Below, one piece after another: positions 19,770-30,364 of a stretch of DNA of 64,000 nt. The first letter of the stretch is position 1, and every line of letters begins with the position of its first letter. Below the pieces are notes generated by a model that had not been told where the DNA came from, did not search any database, and saw only the letters and a list, made by a program, of their open reading frames with translations. The stretch comes from Candidatus Nomurabacteria bacterium. Its GTDB lineage: Bacteria; Patescibacteriota; Minisyncoccia; Phycocordibacterales; CAIJYI01. A program made the position numbers and the translations under genes. The DNA is taken from NCBI GenBank assembly GCA_943356445.1, contig CALREZ010000001.1, positions 15,818 through 79,817 on the forward strand, in the 5' to 3' direction.

Positions 19770-20746
19770 TTTTTTATTTTTTTAAAATCGTACGCCGTTT
19801 TTATTATTTCGGAAATATCCGTATATTCGGGTTTCCATCCTAAAAATTTCTGAGCTTTGGTTGCGTCCGCGATAAGTTTTGATGGATCGCCGGGGCGGCG
19901 GCCCTTGAGCTGATAGGGAAGTTTTTTCCCCGAAATTTTTTCTGCCGCAGAGATTAATTCCAACACGGAAAATCCTTTGTTGATTCCGAGGTTAAATTGT
20001 TCGCAGGTGGGCTTTCCGGAAAGAAGCATCTCTCCCGCCAAAAGATGAGCGGAAGCGAGATCGTTTACGTGGATATAGTCGCGGATTCCCGTTCCGTCTT
20101 TGGTTTGAAAATCATTTCCGCACACATAAAACATGTCTCTTTTTCCGAGTATCGTTTCAATAATGGAGGGTATCACGTGGCTTTCAGGGGTATGATGTTC
20201 TCCTATTTTTTTTGATTCATCGCAGCCGGAAGCGCAGAAATATCGGAATGACACGGAATTGATTCCGTATGCTCGGTGATAATCTTTCAGTATTCCTTCA
20301 AAGATAAGTTTTGTTTTTCCGTAAGGATTCGTCGGGTTTTTGGGATGATCTTCTTTGATTATCTCCGACTCCGGTTCCCCATATACGGAGGCCGAAGAAG
20401 AAAAAACGATATTTTTTACCCCAGTTTCTTTCATTGCGGAAAGCACGTTTAACCCTCCTTTTACGTTTGTGCGATAGTACTCTTCCGGTGTTTCCATTGA
20501 ATCGGGTACGCTCGCCAAGGCTGCGTAGTGAACCACCAGATCTATCTCGTGCTTTTTAAAAACCTTCAAAAGAGCTTTTCTGTCTCTGATATCTGTTTTT
20601 GAATAGGTAACGTTTTTGTGTGTAATAACATTTTTTTTTCCTTCGCGAAAATTATCCACGACGACTATTTTGTAGCGTGATTTCGCTTTGTTTACGAAAT
20701 GGCTTCCGATATATCCGGCGCCTCCGGTAGCAAGAATGGTTTTCAT
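19766..20746 (-). CDS. galE: UDP-glucose 4-epimerase (NAD-dependent epimerase/dehydratase)
   Basis: 326 aa. ATGGAGYIGSH Rossmann motif and the catalytic YGKTK. Confidence 0.8.
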   Translation of the reverse strand: MKTILATGGAGYIGSHFVNKAKSRYKIVVVDNFREGKKNVITHKNVTYSKTDIRDRKALLKVFKKHEIDLVVHYAALASVPDSMETPEEYYRTNVKGGLNVLSAMKETGVKNIVFSSSASVYGEPESEIIKEDHPKNPTNPYGKTKLIFEGILKDYHRAYGINSVSFRYFCASGCDESKKIGEHHTPESHVIPSIIETILGKRDMFYVCGNDFQTKDGTGIRDYIHVNDLASAHLLAGEMLLSGKPTCEQFNLGINKGFSVLELISAAEKISGKKLPYQLKGRRPGDPSKLIADATKAQKFLGWKPEYTDISEIIKTAYDFKKIKK

Positions 20747-20750
20747 AGGT

Positions 20751-21326
20751 TTACCCTTCGTCTTTCAGGAGGTCCATAAAGACGTTTTTTATCGTATGAT
20801 TGAGAATAAGATGGATATCCTCGGAGATTTCCATGTCGTTGATATTAGCATTTATTGAGTATTTTGCGAGTTTTTTCAATTTTCCCCCGTCATATCCGGT
20901 TAGTCCTATCGTGATGTTTCCTTGCGCGTTGGCGTATTCCACCGCTTTTATGACATTCTTGGAATTTCCGCTTCCTGACAGGGCGATAACGAGATCTCCC
21001 GGATTCAGAAAATTTTTCAGTTGTTCAATAAAGACTTCATCGTATGACAAGTCGTTTGAATATGCGGTAATGGTTGCCATATTGTCGGTAAGCGAGTGGA
21101 CGTGAAATTTTTTGTGTTTCCCGTAACTCACTCCTTTGTTGAGGTCGCAGGCGATATGCGAGGCGGTGGAGGCGCTGCCTCCGTTCCCGAAAACAAATAT
21201 GATATTGTCATTTTTATACGTCTCAAAAATGACATGCGCGACTTGGTTGATCTCGTCTCGGCTCAGAGCTTTGACGCACGACGCTACTTTTTCCAAGTAA
21301 TTATTGATCTGTTCTTTTGCTTCCAT
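20751..21326 (-). CDS. gmhA: phosphoheptose isomerase (SIS domain)
   Basis: 191 aa. IIFVFGNGGSASTASHIACDL is the SIS/GmhA signature. Confidence 0.8.
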   Translation of the reverse strand: MEAKEQINNYLEKVASCVKALSRDEINQVAHVIFETYKNDNIIFVFGNGGSASTASHIACDLNKGVSYGKHKKFHVHSLTDNMATITAYSNDLSYDEVFIEQLKNFLNPGDLVIALSGSGNSKNVIKAVEYANAQGNITIGLTGYDGGKLKKLAKYSINANINDMEISEDIHLILNHTIKNVFMDLLKDEG

Positions 21327-21363
21327 AGAAATATAAAATAAAAATAAATAAGGGTGTCAAATT

Positions 21364-22170
21364 TTATAATCTTATCCAAGAAGAGGGAATTAATGCCGCT
21401 TCTTTTTTTTCTTCAGATATGAACCACTTTTTCGGTGTCACTACTATTTTTTTCTTATTTTGATTGAGCCACGCGCCCCACCAGCTGAAGGTACTGTTTG
21501 CCGTTATATTATGCTTGCACAGGCTCATAAGCATAAGTTCTTGATAATCAATAAAACCTTTTTCTGAAACAAGAGTTACAGGAAAACCGAAACTGATATT
21601 TTTTTTCACCCAATCCTCATCATCTGAAAAAACAAATAGCTCAATATCTCCCGTCTTTTCTTTTATGTATTTCACCGCTTTTTTATAGTATTCCGGAGTG
21701 CAGCTCTCGTATACCCGCACATTTTTCCCCGAAAGATAATCCCCTTTCCGCACATGAAGAGAAACTGAGTTTGAACCGGAAATTTTTTTGAGAAGGGCTT
21801 CGTATTTTTCTCCTTGAATATCTTTAGGAATGAAATCTTTTCTCAAAATACTTTCTATTTCTTCAAAGTACTTTAAATTTTGCCAATACCCAGTAAGAAA
21901 AACATTTTTTCCGACAGACAAAATCTTGGAATCAAAAGCAAAAGAGGACTCCTTTATGTGTGGAATAAAAAGGGAACTTATTTTTTGAAACACTGTTATT
22001 CCTTTTCCCGAGATATTGAAATGATTAAGTGTAAACAACCGATCGGGAGAATTTTTATACCATGACACATCAAATACCAACCCAGTTTTTTGTTCAAGAG
22101 AAAGCCTCCTCCCTAATGCATACTGAAACATTTGATTGCCTATTCCTCCAAAGATTTTTATGATAATCAT
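21364..22170 (-). CDS. alpha-1,2-fucosyltransferase (GT11)
   Basis: 268 aa. N-terminal IKIFGGIGNQMFQYALGRRL is the GT11 (FutC/WbsJ-type) hallmark. Confidence 0.8.
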   Translation of the reverse strand: MIIIKIFGGIGNQMFQYALGRRLSLEQKTGLVFDVSWYKNSPDRLFTLNHFNISGKGITVFQKISSLFIPHIKESSFAFDSKILSVGKNVFLTGYWQNLKYFEEIESILRKDFIPKDIQGEKYEALLKKISGSNSVSLHVRKGDYLSGKNVRVYESCTPEYYKKAVKYIKEKTGDIELFVFSDDEDWVKKNISFGFPVTLVSEKGFIDYQELMLMSLCKHNITANSTFSWWGAWLNQNKKKIVVTPKKWFISEEKKEAALIPSSWIRL

Positions 22171-22171
22171 A

Positions 22172-23800
22172 CTATTTTTTCATGAACCAGAAACAACCGC
22201 AACCGTAATTTTGCGTGTCGGATTGTTCTTTTGTTGCGTTCGTTATCATGCCTGTTCCGATGGCGTTGTCTGGGATAAGGGAAAACTCCACCAGTTCCAA
22301 TCCTTCAAAATATCTCATAATCTGTTCGTATGAATATATGCGATGAGAATTGAAGCATATTTTTGGTTGGCCGAGGGGAACGACAAAAAGAAGATTCCCA
22401 TTTCTTGCAAGCACTCTTTTCAGTTCTTTGATGGCTTTTAGATCTCCTGCCGTATCCAGCGGGTCTCCGTACCGTCCGAGTCCAACGTGCTCAACAGTAT
22501 GCATACAGGAAAGAGAAGAAACGCTTTCGTCTTTGAAGGGGAGATGGAGCAAGTCAGCTTTAGAAGAGGAAAGACCGCTCATTTTTATGTTCGCCGGACG
22601 GTAGTCGTAGAAATGCACGGGGATAAAAGCGGAAAGCATCGTGCAGAAATGAAGCGTGGAGGAAACATCAATATGCTCTGTCGGGTTTATTTTTTTGACT
22701 ATTCTTGCCGCCCATGCGGGGTGGTAGATATAATGCGCGTCAAAATGAGTGGAAGGGGTTCTTTCTGAAAGCGACGGCCTGCGATTTTTCCAAAGTACGG
22801 AAAAATCCGAACGGCTTGTTGAAAGTTTTTGAAAGCGCAAAAAATCTTTCAGAAAGTTTTTATAAGAAAACGTTTTTTTGAAGAGTCTTTTTAAGAAATT
22901 CGGGAAAAGTTTTTTCAACAAAGATTTCCATCCGGAACCCGTATTCCCCGGAGCTTTATATCCGGTCATTCCCGTTTCTCCGGATTTGAGGAATATCGGT
23001 CTTTCAAAGAAGTTCTCAAACCAGTTTCGGGAACCCCAATCGCTTCGCAGATATTCCGCGTCTTCATCCGTAAGAAGGTGGACAAAATTAAGAAGCATTT
23101 TTGTCGCCATAAGGGAGCTTTCATCGGTTTTTTTAGATTCTCTCACGAAGAGGGAATCACCCCCGAAACGGTGGAAATAAAAAGAATTCGGAAGTACGAC
23201 GAACTTTGAACCGTTAGCGAGATGTTTCAGCGTGTATCCCCAAGCCTCATGAAGACCTTTTCCATATTCCCAATAACCGCCGATTTTCTCCCAGCTTTTT
23301 TTGGTATAGAGAAAATTTCCTCCCGGCCCCGGATTGATCGGGCCGGCAAGAAAATCGGCCAGCGACATAACGCCTCCTTTGTATATCCATTTGTGATCTA
23401 TCTTTTTTGTATCGGTTTTGAAGTAATGATATTCGCTGAAAGCGGCAACGTCGGCTTTTTCGGAGATAAGATATTCTTTGAGTTTTTTAATGCTTCCTTT
23501 CTCTAAAATGTTGTCGGCATCCAGATTGAAGATAAGAGGATTTTTTGCTTTTTTTATGCCGATATTTCTGGACGCGGGGCATCCTTTGTTTTGTTTATTT
23601 TTGATATAAACGACCTGCGGATATTTTTTTCGCAATTCCGCGATTTTTTTACCCGTATCATCGGAAGAAAAGTCGTTGACGATAATCACTTCGTCGCCAT
23701 TCTCAAAATTTCCGTGAAAAATAGAATCAACCGATTCCTCCAGTGTATCGGCGCAATTATATGCCGGTATGACGAAGCTGATTTTTGAAATCTTATCCAT
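22172..23800 (-). CDS. bifunctional GT2 glycosyltransferase / methyltransferase-domain protein
   Basis: 542 aa. N-terminus ISFVIPAYNCADTLEESVDS ... VIIVNDFSSDDTG ... DADN is GT2. C-terminus LHLPFKDESVSSLSCMHTVEHVG ... LLFVVP resembles a Methyltransf_11-type domain. Confidence 0.65.
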   Translation of the reverse strand: MDKISKISFVIPAYNCADTLEESVDSIFHGNFENGDEVIIVNDFSSDDTGKKIAELRKKYPQVVYIKNKQNKGCPASRNIGIKKAKNPLIFNLDADNILEKGSIKKLKEYLISEKADVAAFSEYHYFKTDTKKIDHKWIYKGGVMSLADFLAGPINPGPGGNFLYTKKSWEKIGGYWEYGKGLHEAWGYTLKHLANGSKFVVLPNSFYFHRFGGDSLFVRESKKTDESSLMATKMLLNFVHLLTDEDAEYLRSDWGSRNWFENFFERPIFLKSGETGMTGYKAPGNTGSGWKSLLKKLFPNFLKRLFKKTFSYKNFLKDFLRFQKLSTSRSDFSVLWKNRRPSLSERTPSTHFDAHYIYHPAWAARIVKKINPTEHIDVSSTLHFCTMLSAFIPVHFYDYRPANIKMSGLSSSKADLLHLPFKDESVSSLSCMHTVEHVGLGRYGDPLDTAGDLKAIKELKRVLARNGNLLFVVPLGQPKICFNSHRIYSYEQIMRYFEGLELVEFSLIPDNAIGTGMITNATKEQSDTQNYGCGCFWFMKK

Positions 23801-23802
23801 TT

Positions 23803-25590
23803 TTATTTTTTCTTGAATACGATGAGTACGCTGTGGCCAATCAAGTGTTTTGATATTGCAGAAATTCCTGCGTAGGAAATAAGTTTTGATATTCTTCTGA
23901 ATAGAAACTCAAAAAGGCCGGCTTTTTTGTTGAGTCTTTCTTTTATTGAACGGTTTGCTATCTTTAAAGCGTAACCGAGATGGTACTCCTGAAGGGGCTC
24001 AAAATATATCCTTTCTACTTCTATCCCGAAGTGATTTTGAAGAGAGATAAGAGAATTTATATTCCATCGCCCCATATGGTGAGGAGGCATGTTAAGGATG
24101 GTACTATCATCTGTAAAAATAAGGCAGTCGTTATTCGGCACGCTTACAATCATTAATCCCCCTTGTTTAAGTACGGCAAGCGATGCTTCCAAAAAACTTT
24201 TGACGTCGGGAACATGTTCCAATACTTGAAATGAACAGACGACATCATAATATAATTCTTTTTTATGCGAAAAAGTTTCAATACTGTCGGAATAAACGGC
24301 AAGACCTCTTTTTTTACATTCCAAAAGCGCGTCAGAGTTCATTTCCAGCCCTTCGGCGGTTGAACCGTTCCCGGAAACTTTTTTAAGAAAATCTCCGCGC
24401 GCGCACCCGATTTCCAAGACCTTGTCGTTCTTTTTTATAAATTGAGAAGCAATTCCGTGTTCCCATTTTTCGTCCATGTAATACCATGGGAATTTTTGGA
24501 GCTCCTGATAAAAAGAATCGTCACCGGCAATGGCAAAAGGCGCAAAAAAACGATAACCGGTATCAAGACAACGATAAAGACATACGGTTTTTATATTCTT
24601 GAAAAATTTTTCCACATTTATTCCAAATTCTCTTTTATATCCGTCTATTAAAAAAGAAGAAGGAATTTCTTTTTCCAACAAAACATTATCTTTTCCTGTA
24701 ATCGGACTTTTGGGAATCATCTTATTTTTTTCATTAGCAATACTTTCCATTACTTCCTCGTATTTTTTGAAAGGAAAAACATCAAGATATGAACCCGGGG
24801 TTAAATTGAATATCTTCACGTCTGACATTTTTTGTTTTAAAAGTCTGTGGGTCTGAAAGGTTATTCTTGCGCATTTGCAGGTTTCTTCATAAGGAACGAT
24901 AATATCCATTATTGGTATTTTGGGAACATCTTCCGCTTCGTAAAAATGATGTTCTTGATAATAAGGGGTTTTTCCTTCTATATAGCTTTTTTTTACGAGC
25001 CAATCATGCTCCACCCCCATGAGGTACATTGTTTTGAATCCCATGTAATTTGCCGTAATCATTGAGGAGAAAATTATATTTTGAAGATACGGAATTTGTT
25101 TATCAATATCAACATTGAATTTCCCGTCCTCGGTGAAATATTGGTTTTGCGATAAAAATATTTTTTTATTTTTAGAGAATAAATCTCTTTTTTCAATTAA
25201 TTCCTTGTATGTGAAAGGCAAGATCATTATTGTATCTTCATGGACCTTTTTGGAAACGTTCTCTAGGTATTTTTTTGATTCAACGTCTTCTTTAAAAACT
25301 TCTGAACAAAGAATGGAGAAAAATTTTGGATGCACTATATCATACTGCGGGTGAAGATAGAAACCAGCAACAGCAAAAGTCCATTCATCTTTCAGCGGTG
25401 TAAGATCTTGTATTTTTATAGAAGGACCCGTTCCTAATATAAAACACCGCTTTCCTTTGTTGGCGTTTTTATATTTGACATTTTCTTTTAAATCTTTCTC
25501 AATTTGTATTTTTTGAAAAAATAGCCGAATTCTGGTTCTTATCAATGTTCTTTTTTTAAGCCAAATTATTGCTTTTTTTACCTTTTTCAT
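23803..25590 (-). CDS. Maf-like DUF115 (MptE-like) domain fused to class I SAM-methyltransferase
   Basis: 595 aa. N-terminal RCFILGTGPSIKIQDL ... AVAGFYLHPQY fits the DUF115/motility-accessory-factor fold. C-terminal VLEIGCARGDFL ... VVCSFQVLEHVPD ... GGLMIVSVP is a methyltransferase domain. Confidence 0.6.
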   Translation of the reverse strand: MKKVKKAIIWLKKRTLIRTRIRLFFQKIQIEKDLKENVKYKNANKGKRCFILGTGPSIKIQDLTPLKDEWTFAVAGFYLHPQYDIVHPKFFSILCSEVFKEDVESKKYLENVSKKVHEDTIMILPFTYKELIEKRDLFSKNKKIFLSQNQYFTEDGKFNVDIDKQIPYLQNIIFSSMITANYMGFKTMYLMGVEHDWLVKKSYIEGKTPYYQEHHFYEAEDVPKIPIMDIIVPYEETCKCARITFQTHRLLKQKMSDVKIFNLTPGSYLDVFPFKKYEEVMESIANEKNKMIPKSPITGKDNVLLEKEIPSSFLIDGYKREFGINVEKFFKNIKTVCLYRCLDTGYRFFAPFAIAGDDSFYQELQKFPWYYMDEKWEHGIASQFIKKNDKVLEIGCARGDFLKKVSGNGSTAEGLEMNSDALLECKKRGLAVYSDSIETFSHKKELYYDVVCSFQVLEHVPDVKSFLEASLAVLKQGGLMIVSVPNNDCLIFTDDSTILNMPPHHMGRWNINSLISLQNHFGIEVERIYFEPLQEYHLGYALKIANRSIKERLNKKAGLFEFLFRRISKLISYAGISAISKHLIGHSVLIVFKKK

Positions 25591-25699
25591 GTTTTTTGAT
25601 TTGTTTATTATATACCTTTTTGAACCCCATGATAAGCCTTTTTCTTAAAGGTAAAGCATTGTAATTAAAATACGAAAAGTATGGAATGTCTGTTTGCGT

Positions 25700-25741
25700 A
25701 AATAAAAAAAGCGCTTCCTCTAAGAGAAAGCGCTTTGAGTA
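25700..25741 (-). terminator. rho-independent terminator (minus strand)
   Basis: On the minus strand, gcgctttctcttagaggaagcgc hairpin followed by T7, just after the stop of the 25752..27071 gene. Confidence 0.5.
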
Positions 25742-25751
25742 ATCTTTTGTA

Positions 25752-27071
25752 TTATTTTTTTTGCAATAATTTTTTTTCTTCAAGCTTTTTAATCGCATCA
25801 AGAATTTGCTTTTTGTTCATTTGCGATCTTTCAATCATTTGATCAACACTCGTTTTTCCATCGGCGTAAAACAGTACCCAGTATAGGGCATCGAGTTCAT
25901 TGCTTCTCCATGGTTTTTTTTCATGATCTATGCGATTTAATGCTCCGATCTTTGGATAGAGCCCGCGTTTTCCGAGCTGTAGCTCGCAACGAGATTCTGT
26001 CCGCTCATAAAACTTTAGAGAATCAATTTCTTTTATAAGTCTCATGTGCATTTCAATACTTTTGAAGATATTTTCCGCTTTGACAAAATCAAGATTGTCT
26101 AATGAGGTATGATAGTAATCATATTCACAGTATTTATCCCGACAAATAGTTATGCAGGGTATACGGAATCCCGGAGACGAATATTGGCGTTCATCGCTTC
26201 CTTGAGGCACGAACTCATACTCTTTGAATTCTTGTTTTGATGCTGTCAGTACTTTTCTAGCAGCGATATCAACGAAGCTCTTTTCTTCAAAAGAAGGTTT
26301 CAACGAAAAAATCCCAGGACCTCCCACGCAAGATATTATTATCCCGGCCATGACTTTTTTCATTGCGTCTTCATTGTTTTTACAATACGCAACCGCGCCT
26401 ATCGTTTCCGGAACAAAGACAATCCGGTAGCTGTAATTCAGCTTCATTTCCAACATTTTTTTTGCGAGAAAAGTCGTAAGCACAATTCCGCTCAAGTTAT
26501 CATTTGCAAGCGAAGGATGGCAAATATAAGTTGAAATGAGAAACTCATCATTTTTTTTGCCCGGAATCAATAATTCGCCTAAAGAAAGCGAACCGTCCTC
26601 AAGGTTTGAGTCAATGAAAACTTCGTATTTCTCACCCTCCCTAAAATATTTCTTGAAGTCATCATAGCTCACGCAAAATCCCCAGTAATCGTTATAATAC
26701 GAAGTCCTATAGGGTACCGCACAGGGAAGGTTTTCTTTATAGTGTAAATGGGGAACAAGCTCTTTAAAAGTAAGTTTTCCTTTTACTGGCTGACTATATC
26801 CTACCACGTGCAAATTGCTTTTCTTGAAATCAACAATTTTTTCTCCCTGAGAATTTTTTATCCAGCCATCTTTTATATTCCATTCTTTTGGAATTACCCA
26901 GTCGTAGACTTCTTGTCCCGAAGGGTATTCTTTTATTTTCAAAGGAACAATATCTTGCAGTATTTTGAGTGTTTTTCTATTTCCGATGCCAGTAAGACTT
27001 CGTGAAATAGGAAAAAGAAGCTCCATGCATTGTCGTATCTCATTAGTTACTATTGATCGTTTGCTCATGGC
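25752..27071 (-). CDS. hypothetical protein, aminopeptidase-like DUF4910/DUF2172-type domain protein
   Basis: About 440 aa from the internal Met (MSKRSIV), which abuts the upstream gene. It has a YICHPSLANDNLSG acidic/His cluster. Family assignment is tentative. Confidence 0.4.
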   Translation of the reverse strand, partial: AMSKRSIVTNEIRQCMELLFPISRSLTGIGNRKTLKILQDIVPLKIKEYPSGQEVYDWVIPKEWNIKDGWIKNSQGEKIVDFKKSNLHVVGYSQPVKGKLTFKELVPHLHYKENLPCAVPYRTSYYNDYWGFCVSYDDFKKYFREGEKYEVFIDSNLEDGSLSLGELLIPGKKNDEFLISTYICHPSLANDNLSGIVLTTFLAKKMLEMKLNYSYRIVFVPETIGAVAYCKNNEDAMKKVMAGIIISCVGGPGIFSLKPSFEEKSFVDIAARKVLTASKQEFKEYEFVPQGSDERQYSSPGFRIPCITICRDKYCEYDYYHTSLDNLDFVKAENIFKSIEMHMRLIKEIDSLKFYERTESRCELQLGKRGLYPKIGALNRIDHEKKPWRSNELDALYWVLFYADGKTSVDQMIERSQMNKKQILDAIKKLEEKKLLQKK

Positions 27072-27072
27072 T

Positions 27073-27750
27073 TTAATTGCTCTCCGCAGGTTTTTGAAAT
27101 ATGAGGTCCATTGAGTTGTTCCAAAAAGCAAATTTCCCGCGTCCGGTGAACAGTTTTTTAAGAAAACAGAAATGATCTTTAACCGGATTTGAGTAGGCAC
27201 TATCAAGATAGGGATATCTGATTTCTTTGAAACTGAAGCCGAAATTTTCCATGGCTTGTTTTAAGCTATTATCGGATGGAAGGTAGAAATTTTGTTCAGG
27301 AATAAGAAGGGGAAGGGAATTCCAGAGTTTGAAATATAGACTGTTCGTATTTGGCGTCATGAGAAATACAACAAAACCTCCGGGCTTTAAAGCCTCAAAC
27401 GTTTTCTTCATATACAGAAACGGAGTGTCTATATGCTGAATTGTTCCGCGAAAAACAATAAGATCAAAGAAATTTTTTGAATTAAAAAGATCTTTATCAA
27501 ACCGTATTCCTTTCTCTGTGGCGATGGATTTTGCAAATTCGGATATTTCCATTCCATAGGTTTCACCATTCCACTTCAGAACATCAAGGAACTCTCCAGT
27601 GGAGCATCCGACATCCAGAAGTTTTCCGGAACAAATATATTTATTAATGAATTCTTTTTCAGACAAAAAACTTTTTTGTCTTTTTATGTCATTCCCGACC
27701 CGATCTCTAAAATATTCAGGATTGAATACTTCGCGATACTTTTCGTTCAT
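27073..27750 (-). CDS. class I SAM-dependent methyltransferase
   Basis: 225 aa. LLDVGCSTGEFL motif I and FDLIVFRGTIQHI motif. Confidence 0.7.
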   Translation of the reverse strand: MNEKYREVFNPEYFRDRVGNDIKRQKSFLSEKEFINKYICSGKLLDVGCSTGEFLDVLKWNGETYGMEISEFAKSIATEKGIRFDKDLFNSKNFFDLIVFRGTIQHIDTPFLYMKKTFEALKPGGFVVFLMTPNTNSLYFKLWNSLPLLIPEQNFYLPSDNSLKQAMENFGFSFKEIRYPYLDSAYSNPVKDHFCFLKKLFTGRGKFAFWNNSMDLIFQKPAESN

Positions 27751-28447
27751 ATTGCCTCCTTATCTTTTTTAGCAGTTTATATTTCAACTCCGCCATTTCC
27801 CAATCTTCTTCTGTGTTGATGTCTTGTCCTTCGAACTGTGGAACTATCAGCGGTAAAGAGTGTTTGAGATAGAGTGTTCTTTGTTTCAAAAAACTATCGG
27901 TTTTGAGAAAATAAAATTGATTGGAATCGTTGTACGATGGTTCCATGTCTTGGGTTCTTGTAGCGTAATTTTCCGGCCAAAACATTTTTACCATACCGTC
28001 CTCTATCTTCAACGCTTTTTGAATCGGGGCAGGGCAACTCATCACAGGAAATACTGCGTCTGCTTTTTTTTCAATAATCATGCGTTCGGCCGTTTTCAGC
28101 CGTTCGGGGGTAAGAAACGGAGATGTAGGGTAAATACAGCACACATAATCAAATTCGCGTCCGAGTTTTTTATACTCCTCTAACACTTCAATAAGTACTG
28201 TTGCAGTACCCGTTGTGTCTGACGAATTCTCCTGCGAACGCATAAAAGGAACTTTTGCGTCAAGAGCAAGGGAGATATCGGCAATAGTTTTGTCGTTGGT
28301 TGATACCATTGTTTCGCAGAAAACCCCCGAGTGAATTGCCGCATCAATTGAGTATTTGATGATGGGCTGACCGTTGAATTTTTTAATGTTTTTGTGAGGT
28401 ATTCTTTTGCTCCCTCCTCTAGCGGGAATGATAGCAAGTATCTTCAT
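27716..28447 (-). CDS. CMP-nonulosonic acid synthetase (acylneuraminate cytidylyltransferase family)
   Basis: 243 aa. MKILAIIPARGGSKRIPHKNIKKFNGQPII is the NeuA/PseF/LegF family N-terminal signature. Confidence 0.8.
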   Translation of the reverse strand: MKILAIIPARGGSKRIPHKNIKKFNGQPIIKYSIDAAIHSGVFCETMVSTNDKTIADISLALDAKVPFMRSQENSSDTTGTATVLIEVLEEYKKLGREFDYVCCIYPTSPFLTPERLKTAERMIIEKKADAVFPVMSCPAPIQKALKIEDGMVKMFWPENYATRTQDMEPSYNDSNQFYFLKTDSFLKQRTLYLKHSLPLIVPQFEGQDINTEEDWEMAELKYKLLKKIRRQYERKVSRSIQS

Positions 28448-28634
28448 TTTTTATTTACTCCTTCTTTTTGGTTTTAATCTGTTTTTTTGCAAATCAAATA
28501 ATACTATCAAAGTACGAAAATCCGTTTGAAGTATATCCCATATTTAATGAAAAGGTCAAGGGGTAATTTGGTTATATTTTAAAAAATATGATTGTCTTAT
28601 TGCTTAGTTTTAAAAAAAAGGGATAATATAAATC

Positions 28635-29237
28635 ATGAATATCTCAAGAGAAGAAATGAGGAAAAATCTTCAAAAGGAATTTGAACAGTGTTATTTGTCG
28701 GTTCCGAAAACCCATTCTCCTGATATTGAGGGGGTAGTCATTCTTTCTCACGTTGATTATAATTTTGATAGGGAGGACCCGCGGTGTAAATTCTCAGATG
28801 AGCTTATTTCTCGGATAGAATATGGCGCAAAAATGTTTTTAGATTCTTCTTTAAAAGTTTTTTTGATTATGGACGGATGTCGTTCACAGCTTCTTTTAAT
28901 GGAGGAAAGAGCTATTGGTCTCGGTGTCAGACAAGATCAAATTTATCTTTTAGATGCGGGTGATATCGCTTTCTCAAACACAAAAAAACAGATTGAGATT
29001 TTACGCGACGATCCGATTACCAGTAAAATGAAGAAAATAGTTTTTATAACTAATACTTATCACGTTCCCAGAGTCAGGAGAACAGCCTCGCTTTTAATTC
29101 CTGAAAATATTTCTTTTGATGTTTTTGGCGTTCCAAATGATATTTCGCTGTATGATAAACAGAATGCGATTAATGGGGAAATAGAACGAATTCTAAAATA
29201 TATTGAAAAAGGTGATATTGCCATTACTCCTCGCTGA
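28635..29237 (+). CDS. hypothetical protein, DUF218/YdcF-like
   Basis: 200 aa. FITNTYHVPR resembles the DUF218 xTSxYHMxR motif; otherwise unrecognised. Confidence 0.35.
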   Translation: MNISREEMRKNLQKEFEQCYLSVPKTHSPDIEGVVILSHVDYNFDREDPRCKFSDELISRIEYGAKMFLDSSLKVFLIMDGCRSQLLLMEERAIGLGVRQDQIYLLDAGDIAFSNTKKQIEILRDDPITSKMKKIVFITNTYHVPRVRRTASLLIPENISFDVFGVPNDISLYDKQNAINGEIERILKYIEKGDIAITPR

Positions 29238-29247
29238 AAGTATATGA

Positions 29248-29277
29248 AAAAGCACCGACCATACGAATCGGTGCTTT
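29248..29277. terminator. bidirectional terminator between convergent genes
   Basis: aaagcaccga-ccatacgaa-tcggtgcttt hairpin flanked by A/T runs. Confidence 0.55.
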
Positions 29278-29281
29278 GTTA

Positions 29282-30337
29282 TTATTGGAGCTTTTCAAAA
29301 ACTAATTCTTCCCCCTTTTTGATCTTTTTTATGACTTTTTTCCCGACCATCTCGGAGACACGATAGGGAGGTACTCCTTTATTTGATAAAGGTCGGAGAA
29401 AATCCAACATTTCGGAGGTTATTATGGAATTTTTGCGGATATTGTATTTTGCGCGGATTGATCTTTTATAAGATAAAGCGGATTCTTTTTCATTATCTTC
29501 CACTTTTTTTATTCCGTCACCAAGCGCCATATATACTTCTTCTGCGCATTGCACCATCTTTTTCCATGATTTCGGGTCCATAGCAAACTTATGGTCTTGT
29601 CCGTCACGAGAATTGTCATCTGTAAAATGTTTTTCAAATACAACCGCACCGAAGGGGACAGCTCCAAGAACGGTTGAGTATCCTTTTGTGTGGTCTGATA
29701 ATCCTAAAATTATATCGGGATAAATATCCCTATAAGTTTTTAAGACATTCAAATTTATATATTTGAAATTTTCAGTGTTTGCCGTGTAATTGGTGTTGCA
29801 TTGCATCAGTACTATATTGTCGGTATATTTTTGAATCGTTTCCATTGATCGAGTAATATCTTCCAATGAAGAAGCCCCCGTCGCAATAATTACCGGCTTT
29901 CCTTTTTTTGCAATGTACTCAATAATTTCGAGCCAGGTGATATCGCCCGATCCAATTTTGTAAGCATTTACAAACGGATCAACGTGGTCAACAGATTCAA
30001 AATCATAAGGACTCGTTAAATACTCAATACCGACTTCATCGCATTTTGCTTTAAGCTTCGCTGTCCATTCAAACGAAATGCTCGCGTCCTTGTAGGTCTC
30101 AAAAACTGATTTTTTCCAAGCGGCCTGATTGGATAGTTTTCCGAGAACATTAAACCCGACCTTGCTGATCAGTTTTTCTGCCTGAAAATTCTGGAACTTG
30201 GCAGCATGCGCTCCCGTTTCTTTTGCGAGTTCGATAAGTTTGAATGCACGAGTAATATCGCCGTCATGGTTAGAGGCAATATCTGCGATAAAGTATAACG
30301 GTCCGGTTTTTGTAATAGATATTTGACCGATTTTCAT
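29282..30337 (-). CDS. nonulosonic acid synthase (NeuB/PseI/LegI family, with C-terminal SAF domain)
   Basis: Start at MKIGQISI. PLYFIADIASNHDGDITRAFKLIELAKETGAHAAKFQNF is the NeuB-family N-terminal signature; C-terminus is a SAF domain. Confidence 0.85.
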   Translation of the reverse strand: MKIGQISITKTGPLYFIADIASNHDGDITRAFKLIELAKETGAHAAKFQNFQAEKLISKVGFNVLGKLSNQAAWKKSVFETYKDASISFEWTAKLKAKCDEVGIEYLTSPYDFESVDHVDPFVNAYKIGSGDITWLEIIEYIAKKGKPVIIATGASSLEDITRSMETIQKYTDNIVLMQCNTNYTANTENFKYINLNVLKTYRDIYPDIILGLSDHTKGYSTVLGAVPFGAVVFEKHFTDDNSRDGQDHKFAMDPKSWKKMVQCAEEVYMALGDGIKKVEDNEKESALSYKRSIRAKYNIRKNSIITSEMLDFLRPLSNKGVPPYRVSEMVGKKVIKKIKKGEELVFEKLQ

Positions 30338-30364
30338 TTCGATTCCCCTTTGTTTCAAAAAACA

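Noticed and set aside
25556-25801. 81-aa ORF between the DUF115 and DUF4910-like genes.
   Set aside because: It overlaps the terminator hairpin and the ends of both flanking genes; the region is more likely an intergenic regulatory region.
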